DNA of 64,000 bases from Octopus sinensis (lineage: Eukaryota): NCBI RefSeq assembly GCF_006345805.1, contig NC_043025.1, forward strand, positions 12,772,001 through 12,836,000, in the 5' to 3' direction. Positions 52,118-64,000 of this stretch are shown here, piece by piece. Position 1 is the first letter of the stretch. The number at the start of each line of letters is the position of its first letter. Position numbers and translations under genes: made by a program. The notes under the pieces are model-generated. The model was not told the origin of the DNA. It saw nothing but the letters and a program-made list of their open reading frames with translations, and did no database searches.

Positions 52118-52171
52118 AACCACCTGAAGAATGTCTCTAAGATGTGCTGACACGAAACGATCGTAGTGGTT
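52118..52171 (+). ncRNA. Intact minimal type-I hammerhead ribozyme motif inside a fold-back element (51974-52278)
   Basis: Stem I AACCAC/GTGGTT; CTGAAGA; stem II TGTC...GACA; GAAAC; palindromic loop GATC; GTA cleavage triplet (cut after 52165). Confidence 0.85.
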
Positions 52172-52849
52172 ATTCATTTGTTAAATTTTAATTTATATAA
52201 ATTATTTTATGTATTGGTTTAAGTCTTTCTTTGTTTGATTTGCATAATAGTGGTTTTGTCTCTAATTTGATATAATATAATATTTTACTATAAAATTGGA
52301 TTCAATCTTAAATCTGACTTTTCCTTGTAAATTTAGATTTATTACCTAATATTTATTATTATATATATATATATACATATACCAAAGTTAGCACATAAAT
52401 GTGAAACAAGGTAGAGAAAGTAGTACTCAAATACCAGAGGCAGAGTAATATACTTTATTACTAAATGAGGCGGTGAGCACGCCGGGCGAAATGCTTAGCA
52501 GTATTTCTTCTGCCATTATGTTCTGAGTTCAAATTCCGTCGAGGTCAACTTTGCCTTTATCCTTTCAGGGTCGATTAAATAAGTACCAGTTAATCACAGG
52601 AGTCAATGTAATAGACTTAATCTATTTGTATGTCCTTGTTTGTCCCATCTATGTCTAGCCCCCTGTGGGCAATAAAGGAATAAGTATACTTTATTAATAA
52701 ACCTGTCGTTTACCGTCCACCTTAGTAGAAGACACTTGCCCAAGGTGCCACGCAGTGGGACTGAACCCGGAACCATGTGGTTGGGAAGCAAGCTACTTAC
52801 CACACAGCCACTCCTGCGCCTATAAACACAGATACATATGCAATTATCA

Positions 52850-52857
52850 ATATATAT

Positions 52858-52888
<31 letters not shown>

Positions 52889-53160
52889 TATATATACATA
52901 CATACATACATACATACACATATATTTATACATATACATAGATACACATACGCACACCAACGTGTGTGTGTGTGCGCGCTTGTGTGTGTGTGTATATGTA
53001 TATGTATAAATATATGTGTATGTGTATGTATGTATATATATGTGTGCTTGTGTGTGTGTATGTATAAATATATGTGTATGTGTATGTATGTATATATATG
53101 TGCGCTTGTGTGTGTGTGTGTGTGTGTATATGTATAAATATATGTGTATGTGTATGTATG

Positions 53161-53203
<43 letters not shown>

Positions 53204-53387
53204 ATAAATATATGTGTATGTGTATGTATGTATATATATGTGTGTGTGTGTGTGTGTGTGGTGTGTGTATATGTATAAATATATGTGTATGTGTATGTAT
53301 GTATATATATGTGCGCTTGTGTGTGTGTGTGTGTGTGTATATGTATAAATATATGTGTATGTGTATGTATGTATATATATGTGCGCT

Positions 53388-53418
<31 letters not shown>

Positions 53419-53968
53419 TGTGTGTGTGCATAAGTAACACACTTGACACTTCTCAAACAGCCTGTCAAAGAGTACATCAAAAACCCTTAAAAATGGGCAT
53501 TGTCCCTCCGTTCTTCATCGGACTTGCACATCAGTGCGATTCGGAAACAGAAATGGAAAAAAAAAAGCCTGATAACATACCCGGTCCTGGATGATGGCCT
53601 CCTAATCCCGACTCCAACCGCTTCGCTCACAATCCCATCTCTCCTTAACGCCAAATACATTTATACTGAATATAATTACATCTTCCCAGACTCTCATGCT
53701 CTCTCTCTGTCTCTCTTGGCCTCTGTCTGTCTGTCTGTCCGTCTCTCTCCACCTCTGTCTGTCTGTCTGTCCGTCTCTCTCCACCTCTGTCTGTCTGTCT
53801 GTCCGTCTCTCTCTCTCTCTCTCTCTATCTGTTCCTGCCTCTTTCTCTCTCTCTCTCTCTCTCACACTATCTGTTTTATGCTGTCTCTTTTTCTCACTCT
53901 CTCTCTCTCTCTTTACCTCTCTCTTACCATACTTCTCTCTCTCTCTCTTCCTCTCTCTCTCTCTCTTC

Positions 53969-54001
<33 letters not shown>

Positions 54002-54314
54002 GTTTCTGCCTTTCTGTCTCTGACTCTCTCTCTCTCTCTCTGATTTCCTCTGTCTCTTAATCTCTCTCTCTCTCTCTCTCTCTTTGTCCCTCTGCTGCCC
54101 TCTATGTCTCTGTCTCTCTCTTTGCCTTTCTCTCTCACTCTCTCTTTCTCACTGTCTTCCTATTTCTCTCTCTCTCTCTCTCCCCTCCTCTTCTCTCCTC
54201 TCTCTCTCTCTCTCTCACTGTCTCTGTTTCTGCCTTTCTATCTCTGACTCTCTGATTTTCTCTGTCTCTTACTCTCTGCCTCTCCCTCACTCTCTCTCTT
54301 TGTCCCTCTGCTGC

Positions 54315-54372
<58 letters not shown>

Positions 54373-55250
54373 ACTATCTTCCTGTTTTTCCCTCCCCCGC
54401 CCTCCTCGCTTTCCTTCCCCTTTTCAATATTTCTGGTCCCTTTCTCCACCCCCACTGCCTGGCCTCTTTTCTCTCCCTCCATTTCAATCTCTCTCTCTCA
54501 CCCAGCCTGCTGCTACCATGGCTCCTGCTGCTGCTGTCATTTAATTCCCCTCTTCTCTTTGTCTTTCTTTATTTACAACATGTCCACTTTGCAGCCAAAG
54601 TATTGGACACACAGACACACACATTTCTACGGGGACACACACACACATACACATACACACACAGACCCACACACATACACACAGACACATACATATACAC
54701 ACATAGACACACACACACACATACATAATACACCCACACCCATCACACCCACAGACACACACACACAACACACAGACACAAACACACACACCACAGACAC
54801 ACACAACATAACACCACACATATACACATACATATACACACACAGACACCACCACACACAACACCCATACACACACCAGACACACACACACACATATACA
54901 CACACATACCACATACATATCACACACACAACACAGACACACACATACACACATATACAACACATATACCACACAGACACAAACACACACACACAGACAC
55001 ACACACACACATATACACACACATATACACATACATATACACACACAGACACACACACACACACCATACACACACAGACACAAACACACACACACACAGA
55101 CACACACACACACATATACACACACATATACACATACATATACACACACAGACACACACACACACACACACACCACACACACCATACACACACAGACACA
55201 CACAGACACAAACACACACACACACAGAGACACACACACACATACACACA
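52850..55250. repeat. Block of TG/TA, CT and CA microsatellites
   Basis: Direct reading. A short unique island lies at about 53430-53695. Confidence 0.9.
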
Positions 55251-55926
55251 CTGGAGACAGCCATTTCTTCCAAACCTTTTATACTAAAGACATATGCTTC
55301 TGTGTGTGTATATGAGTGCACATGTATACCTATATGCATGTATCCATGTAAACACATACATATGTACATCTATGTATCATGTATCTATATATTTATGTAT
55401 GTAAGTATGCATATGAATATAAGTATATGTATGCATGTATGCACATTTATGTATGCAGTCATATCAATTAAGGGATTAACGACATCGCAGTTCTACATTT
55501 ATAATGAAAATATTGCTTTTGTGCAAAGCAATTAACAAAGAGCTCAATGAAATGTGAGAGAAAAATGTACAACGGAGGCCCTCTTTGCAGACATATAGTG
55601 GCTGTGTGGTAAGTAGCTTGCTTACCAACCACGTGGATCTGGGTTCAGTCCCACTGCATGGCATCTTGGGCAAGTGTCTTCTGCTATAGCCTCTGGCCGA
55701 CCAAAGCCTTGTGAGTGGATTTGGTAGACGGAAACTGAAAGAAGCCCGTCGTATATATATATAGGAATGGCTGTGTGGTAAGTAGCTTGCTTACCAGCCA
55801 CATGATTCTTAGTTCAGTCCCACTGCGTGGCACCTTGGGCAAGTGTCTTCTACTATAGCCTCGGGTTAACCAAAGCCTTGTGAGTGGATTTGGTAGACGG
55901 AAACAGAAAGAAGGCCATCATATATA

Positions 55927-55999
<73 letters not shown>

Positions 56000-56850
56000 G
56001 TTTGTGTGTCTGTGTTTGTCCCCCCAACATCGCTTGACAACCGATGCTGGTGTGTTTACGTCCCCGTAACTTAGCGGTTCAGCAAGAGAGACTGATAGAA
56101 TAAGTACTAGGCTTACAAAGAATAAGTCCTGGGGTCGATTTGCTCGACTAAAGGCAGTGCTCCAGCATGGCCGCAGCCAAATGACTGAAACTGTGAAGAG
56201 GTGTATATATGTATATATATGTATGTATGTATGTTTATGTGTATGTATGCATATGTATGTATGTATGTATGTGCTTCTAAGGTGTTAATATCATATCACT
56301 TAGCGGTCTGACAAACAGGGTTCCCGGAGGTAAGTATAAGACTTAAACAATAAGTGCAGTAGCTTATTAATAAGATACTAAGGTGAGACTCCAGCATGGT
56401 CACAACCTGATGATTGAAAGAGCCAAAAGAAAAGAAGTGTGTGTATGTGTGTGTGTGTGTATGAGTGACTGTGCATGTGCACGCCTCTGTATATACACAC
56501 ACACACACACATGTATACATGTGTGTATAAGATGTGTACGTACAATGTACGTCTTAATGGATATACATGGATATATTAATTTGTTAATAGGTTTTTTTTT
56601 ATTGCTGCTTACATACATGAATACATACATATATACACACATGTATTTGTATATATGTGTGTGTGTATATGTATATATATACACACACAAATATATACAT
56701 ATATACATACATATATATATACATACATATATACATATACGTATATATATATATATATATATACACACACTCACATATATATATATGTATATATATATAC
56801 ACATACATATGTACATATTCATATATACTTACACATATACATTCATATAG

Positions 56851-56896
<46 letters not shown>

Positions 56897-56951
56897 ATAT
56901 ATATATGCGTGTGTGTGTGTGTGTGTATGTGTATATATATATATATATATA

Positions 56952-56984
<33 letters not shown>

Positions 56985-56993
56985 TATATGTAT

Positions 56994-57085
<92 letters not shown>

Positions 57086-57749
57086 TACACACACACATAT
57101 ATATAACATATATGAAGACATGCATATATATCCTCATATATATACACATGAAATCTGATCTCTGTGTTTTATTGTCTCTTGTATGTATATATATATATAT
57201 CTGGTGATTCATAACAGATTTTATTATGTCAGTGATACTAATCAATATACACATCCAATTAATACGACAGGGGTATATAAAACAGCAAAGACGATATTGT
57301 ACGATATTGTATAAAAGGATTACGATGTCCTTAGCTTCAGTTATGGCTTTTGTTGATGCAATCTGCTTCAAGCAGATATCTTTTATTTCAACTTCAGGTT
57401 GACCGAAGTTCTTTGTGAATAAATAAATGAATGAATATATAAGTGCAGACGCGGCGGTGTAGTAAGAAGTTTGTTTCCGGATTACATGGTTCCGGGTTCA
57501 GTCCCGCTGACTGGCACTTTGGTCAAGTGTGTGTTCTGTTACTAGCCTCGGGCAGACCAAGTTACATCCCTGTGACTTAGCTGTTCGGCAAAAAAAAGAT
57601 CAATGAAATATATCGACCCCAGGACTTATTCTTTGTAAGCCTAGTGCTTATTCTATCGGTCTCTTTTGCCGAACCGCTAAGTTACAGGGATGTAAACACA
57701 CCAGCATCGATTGTCAAGCGATGTTGGGGGAACAAACAAAGACACACAC

Positions 57750-58072
57750 ATCATCATCATTATTGTTCGACCGTGGTCAAGACAATGGAATTTACCATGC
57801 TACGCCAGACTTCACGGTCCATCATGGCATTACGGAGGTCCTGTTGCTGGATGCCTGTATCCCTGGAGATTACATCAGGGTAGGAGAGTGTGCGTCCTCT
57901 TGTATCGCGAGTAGATGGCTTCCAGAGGAGAAGAGTAGAAATTACCTCTTTTTCAGCTCTACAACAATGTCCAGCAAACTGGACTCTTCTACCTTTCACA
58001 AGAGATGACACAGGTTGTAGTTTCCCATATATTTGTACTTTGGTTGGATGGTGCTTCCACGAGAGATTTTGA
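57750..58072 (-). mobile_element. RTE-group LINE 3' end
   Basis: RRVQFAGHCCR...LLLWKP..RGR..Y.DVI..D.G...DLRNAMMDREVWR, then a (GAT)n tail. Confidence 0.85.
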
Positions 58073-59725
58073 TACATATATATGACGTGCTTCTTTCAGT
58101 TTCCGTCTACGAAATCCACTCACAAGGCTTTGGTCGGCCCGAGGCTATAGTAGAAGACACTGGCCCAAGGTGCCACGCAGTGGGACTGAACCCGGAACCA
58201 TGTGGTTGGTAAGCAAGCTACTTACCACACAGCCACTCCTGTGCTGATGAGTTTTATGAGACATCATTCCATAAATTCATCATACATTATATATAAATGT
58301 GTGTGTGTGTGTGTGTATGCAGGTGTGACTGTCATAAGGTGTTCACTTTCCAACCACATGGTTCTGGGTTCAATCCCACTGCATGGCACCTTGGGCAAGT
58401 GTCCTCTGCTATAGTCTTGGGCTGACCAAAGCCTTGTGAGTGGATTTGGTAGACGGAAACTGAAAGAAGCCCGCCGTATATATATATATATATATATGCA
58501 GGAGTGGCTGTGTGGTATGTATCTTGCTTACCAACCACATGGTTCCGGGTTCAATCCCACTGCGTCGCACCTTGGGCAAGTGTCTTATACTATTGCCTCG
58601 GGCCGACCAAAGCCTTGTGAGTGGATTTGGTGGACGGAAACTGAAAGAAGCCCATCGTATATATGTATACATATATGTGTGGTGTGTGTGTGTGTGTGTG
58701 TGTGAGCCTTTGTGTATGCGTTTGGCACCACCATCACTTGACAAACGGTGTTGGTTTGTTTACACCCTCATGACTTAGCAACAGAGAAAAAACATGTTAA
58801 ATAATGTAGTCCTAAATATGGCTGGAACATTTCTGATGATATCGTTCTACTGAATCAGGACTGCCCTTGGGCTGGAAAACACTCAGCTGCCTGTGTAACC
58901 TTAATCCCATTTCTCCCTTTTAATGATCTGATAATGTTTGATCAGGGACACTCAAATCCCTAACCCCACACTCCACTCAAACTCCACCACCTCTACTCAG
59001 CTTGCAATGAAAATACCCACTCAATGTTTTAAACGTTGTTTGAACAGACAGCCATACACACACACACACACATTTATATAAATGCACACACAGACACAGA
59101 TACAGACACACACACACACACACATATATATATAGGTTCATACACACACACACAAACTTTTATATACATGCACATACACACACAGACACTTATACAGACA
59201 CACACACACACATATATATACAGGTTCATACACACACAGACACACACACACATGCATATAAATGCACTTACACACAGACATATACAGACACGTGCCCCAG
59301 CATGGCCACAGCTCATGAGCTGAAACTAGAATCAATCAATCAATCATATATATATATAGGTTCACACACACACACATGCATACACACACACACACACACA
59401 CCACACAAACTTTCATATAAATGCACATACACACAGACACACATATATATAGGTTCATACACACACAGACACTCACACACACACATGCACATACAGACAC
59501 AGGCACACATACACACACACATATATACACATAGACATACACACACATATGTGCACATACACACCGACAAACGTACACATACACACAAAGACAAAGATAT
59601 ACACAGATACATATACACACACATATACACATATGCACACACTAGATACATACATACATGCATGCATATATTGATCTCTATTAGCCTTTATTGATTTGTA
59701 TTATATAGAACCTATAAGCTATGCG

Positions 59726-59756
<31 letters not shown>

Positions 59757-59940
59757 TCTTTTATTCTTTTATGTGTTTCAGGTACGGCTGTGTGGTAAGA
59801 AGCTTGCTTCCCAACCACATTGTTTTGGGTTCAATCCCACTGCATGGAACCCTGGGCAAGTGTCTTCAACAATACCCAGGGTCAGCCAAAGCCTAAGTGG
59901 ATTTGGTAGAATGGAAACTGAAAGAAGCCTGCTGTGTATG

Positions 59941-59982
<42 letters not shown>

Positions 59983-60012
59983 CTAATATTAATATTTGAA
60001 TTGTACTTTATA

Positions 60013-60139
60013 ATCTCTGAAGAGGCCTTGGGATATATATGTAAGTATCTCATTTATAACCACATATTACCTTAACACACCTGGCTAATATGAGCATAAT
60101 GAGATACTCTTATCTACATGGCTGAAACAGCTGTAAGAT
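60013..60139 (+). ncRNA. Intact minimal type-I hammerhead ribozyme motif with an extended stem II
   Basis: Stem I ATCT/AGAT; CTGAAGA; stem II GGCC...GGCT enclosing a GTATCTCATT/AATGAGATAC hairpin; GAAAC; palindromic loop AGCT; GTA triplet (cut after 60135). Confidence 0.8.
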
Positions 60140-61024
60140 CTAGTTTATGTTTATATTTATTTATATTTATTTATACGTATCGATTTATTTATATTTATTT
60201 ATACGTATCGATTTATTTATATGTATTGTACTTATGGTATCATATTACTCATTGATGTGTACTGTTTGTCCTGTATTATTGTGTTTGATCTTGATGTTCC
60301 TATGTAGTTTGTTAATAAATTATGTGAATGGGTATTATCTGGTAGTTGATGATTGATTAAAGTGTATTCCTCCATTTTCTTATTTTGTATATATATATAT
60401 ATATATATTTGAGTGTGTGTGTGTGTGTATTTGTGTTTGAATTTGTCCTCCCACCATCACCGCTACTTGACGACCAGTGTTGGTGTGTTTACATCCCTGT
60501 AACTTAGCAGTTCAGCAAAGAGACTGATAAAATAAATACTAGGCTTAACCCAAATATGATTAAATCCTGGGACCAATTTATTCAACTAAAACCCATCAGG
60601 ATGGTGCCCCAGCATGGCCACGGTCAAATGATTGAAACACGTAAAAGATAATGGATAACAGATGCTATTTTATGCATATACTCCAGTAAATATTTTTCCA
60701 TTTATGTAATTCTCGTTAAACTTTGCACAGGTTCATTACAAGCATTTATCATATAATTTCATCTGCTTAATTCGCAATATAACATTTAATTAACCTGGCT
60801 AATGTCCACCTGCTCACTTAATCGCTAAAAATTATTGTAACCTGCTGATATTACTACATACAATAAGGGGGTGAGCTGGCTGAGTCAGTAGCACGCTGGA
60901 CAAAAATACTCAGAGGTATTTAGTTCTGAGTTCAATATTTAGCTGAATATTATAGAAATATACCTTTACTCATTTTTGAGTTCTAGTTGTCCTCTATGCA
61001 CACCAACATACCTATATGTGTGCA

Positions 61025-61166
61025 TACATATATATAATATATATAATCTATATATATATATATATATATCATATATATATATATTATACATATATATATA
61101 ATATAATATATCATATATATATATAAATATATATTATATATAAATATATATATATATAAATAATAT

Positions 61167-61197
<31 letters not shown>

Positions 61198-61246
61198 ATA
61201 TATATATATAGATAATATATATTATATATATAATATATATATATAT

Positions 61247-61288
<42 letters not shown>

Positions 61289-61301
61289 CATATAGATATA
61301 T

Positions 61302-61334
<33 letters not shown>

Positions 61335-61353
61335 CATATATCTAAATCATATA

Positions 61354-61404
<51 letters not shown>

Positions 61405-61717
61405 CTATTATATACAATAAAAATGGTAAATAATTTTCCTGTGGTTGTTCATGTAACCAACATTATTTACCGGTAAATTTCGGTATGTAAATACACCACA
61501 ATAATTGTCAAGACCTTTGTAAGGTTCAGTATATATGTAAAGAAAAAATAAGTTGGCTAGCAGCAAGCTCGCCTCATATACCGAAGGAATTAGAAAGGGC
61601 AGTCAAAGACCGTTTTTTCCATTTCTATAAGTGGAGATTCCAACAATATATATATTAGATATGTAATATATATATATATGTATATATTATAATATATATA
61701 TATATATATTATATATG

Positions 61718-61770
<53 letters not shown>

Positions 61771-61781
61771 TGATATATAAG

Positions 61782-61820
<39 letters not shown>

Positions 61821-61878
61821 GTATATATATATATATATATTATATACATATTGTAATATATATATATATATATATATA

Positions 61879-61920
<42 letters not shown>
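61025..61920. repeat. (TA)n microsatellite with a 230-bp unique insert (61415-61645)
   Basis: Direct reading. Confidence 0.9.
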
Positions 61921-61921
<1 letters not shown>

Positions 61922-62497
61922 TGTGTGTGAGGCGTGATGGCCCATTGGTTAGGGCAGCAACTCATGGTTATAGACTGTCCAGTTTCGATTCCCAGACCTG
62001 GCGTTGTGTGTGTTATTGAGCGAAAACACCTAAAGCTCCACGAGGCTCCAGCAGGGGATGGTGGTGATCCCTGCTGTACTCTTTCACCACTCTTTCTCTC
62101 ACTCTTTCCTCTGTTGGCCTGCTCGCTTAGCCAGCGGGGTGGCGTCATTTGAAGGCTAAAACTATGTGAAGCGGATTGTGACTAGCGGTGTGTAGCAACA
62201 TCTGATAGCCTGGTCAATCATGGTGATATATATATATATATATTTGTCATCATCATCATCCAGTGTTTTAAATCTGGGTTTTTGTCCCCGTTAAAGGGGG
62301 TGGCCGGATCTACTTCAATGCCATAGCAACCAAGGTAGGCAGGTGCAGCCCACCCCAAGCTTTGGGCTGGCTGGTGCCCATTCTCCTTTGCTATAATGAG
62401 GTTTTTTTGAGGCTGGAGTTTCTACGGGGAGCATGCCTTTGTTTATCCCCAACCTCAGTTTCTAGACATGAGTGGTCCTGAGAGCAAGGCTTCTATA

Positions 62498-62865
62498 TCA
62501 TCATCATCATTGTTCGACCGTGGTCGAGACAATGGAATTTACCATGCTACGCCAGACTTCACGGTCCATCATGGCATTACGGAGGTCCTGTTGCTGGATG
62601 CCTGTATCCCTGGAGATTACATCAGGGTAGGAGAGTGTGCGCCCTCTGGTATCGCGAGTAGATGGCTTCCAGAGGAGAAGAGTAGAAATTACCTCGTCTT
62701 CAGCTCTACAACAATGTCCAGCAAACTGGACTCTTATACCTTTCACAAGAGATGACACAGGTGGTAGTTTCCCATATATTTGCACTTTGGTTGGATGACT
62801 CTTCCATGAGAGATTTTGAGCTCTCATAAGGAGGTGAGTGTAGGTTCCATCCAACCGCCTCTCAA
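62498..62865 (-). mobile_element. RTE-group LINE 3' end, second copy
   Basis: Highly similar to 57750-58072; extends to LDGTYTHLLMRAQNLSWK. Confidence 0.85.
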
Positions 62866-62871
62866 CCGCTT

Positions 62872-63255
62872 CTATCTAGAGAGAAAGCCTTTGAATAAGT
62901 GCCCTGCTGTGTGGATATGGTGAGCTCGAGGACGCTAGGAAAGAGGAGAGCTGGTGAAAGCTGTACAAGCCAGGTACAAAGAGGCTGGCAGTAAGGCGAG
63001 AGTTAACCACGAGTACAAACGAAGAGTTTGGTGAACAGGTAGGGGTTCGTCCAGGCTCATTCTATTCTCTCCTCTTTTCATCATTGTCCTCCAGGTCATA
63101 AGAGAGGAATTCAAGACTGGCAGCCTTTGGGAACTACTAAACTACATATTCTGATGATATTGAGCTCATAGGGGATTCTGTATCAGAGCTAGATGAGAAA
63201 TTCCAGGTCCAGGGGTGGAAGCAAAATCTTAAATCTAAGGGCCTTAAGTTAACTT
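62872..63255 (+). mobile_element. Degenerate RTE reverse-transcriptase fragment
   Basis: LEKAFE..; VGVRPGS..PLFIIVL..EFKTGSLWELL..YSDDI, decayed GVHQGS/YADD motifs with frameshifts. Confidence 0.72.
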
Positions 63256-63875
63256 TTAGGCAAACATTTAAGTCCTAATAAGCAAAAAACTGACAGGACC
63301 ATGCCAGCATGGACAACTGACCGTTAAATGATGATGATGAGGAGAGGAGAATGAAGAGGACGAGGATACCACACACACACACCACAAAACACACACACAC
63401 ACGCACGCCACATACACACACACACGCACATACACACACATACCCACACACACGCATGCACACATCATACCACGCACACCACATACACATACACACCACA
63501 GCCACACACACACACACACACATACACACACACACGCCACGCGCACACACATTATAGCAATGTGCATCGTTGAGATTCTCTAATCCAAATCCCTCACAGG
63601 TTTTAGTTGGCCTGTGGCTATAGTAGATACGTTTGCCCAAGGTGCCGGCCAGCCACACTGTGGGACGGAACCCTGGAACCACGTCGTTGGGAAAGCAGAG
63701 CTTCTTACCGCTCAGCCGTGACTGGCACCTTGTCTAGTGAAGTCGAGCAGCAAGAAACCGGACCCTTCATTAGCTCAATTTGCAAGACAAGTGGCAGTGG
63801 TGGTCATGTCAGGAGTGGGGGAAGTGGAGATTGTTGATTAAATTAACGCTACTTGATTAAGTAATCACTTATTAC

Positions 63876-63975
63876 NNNNNNNNNNNNNNNNNNNNNNNNN
63901 NNNNNNNNNNNNNNNNNNNNNNNNNNNNNNNNNNNNNNNNNNNNNNNNNNNNNNNNNNNNNNNNNNNNNNNNNNN
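63876..63975. other. Assembly gap (100 N)
   Basis: Run of n. Confidence 1.
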
Positions 63976-64000
63976 TCCTTCCTATAACGCCAACCACTCC

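Noticed and set aside
53430-53695. Possible exon in the unique island between microsatellites
   Set aside because: No recognisable protein. A minus-strand donor (GTATGT at about 53580) could mark a non-coding receptor exon, but it cannot be supported from sequence alone.
52603-57371. Many YI/CV/HT/LS-rich ORFs here and at 13-16 kb, 30-32 kb and 59-62 kb
   Set aside because: Stop-free dinucleotide microsatellite translations.
58240-58273. CTGATGA..GAGAC hammerhead-like motif
   Set aside because: Core is altered, stems are marginal and the loop is not palindromic; compatible with chance.

Overview
AT-rich, repeat-dense eukaryotic DNA. The SINE families and the microsatellite load suggest a coleoid cephalopod such as Octopus; this is inference. 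Three protein-coding genes can be supported. (1) A single-ORF C2H2 zinc-finger gene (+, 322-3354, 9 fingers). (2) A 7-exon CCDC74-like gene (+, 19828-30795, 468 aa, all splice phases consistent), with a candidate RFX X-box upstream. (3) A divergent class-A-like 7TM receptor (-, 45887-42652), split by a 1-nt frameshift inside a very long low-complexity third intracellular loop. The rest is tRNA-derived SINEs, CR1/RTE/R4-type LINE ends, non-autonomous Helitrons, TIR elements, many tandemly amplified TE fragments and microsatellites. The most interesting signal is a dispersed set of short non-coding elements sitting in (TA)n tracts. They carry minimal type-I hammerhead ribozyme motifs with family-specific palindromic stem-III loops (two intact, three with one substitution) and/or fold-back inverted copies of themselves. 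This is a Penelope-like/retrozyme-like system. Everything was read by eye, with no database searches, so repeat boundaries are approximate.
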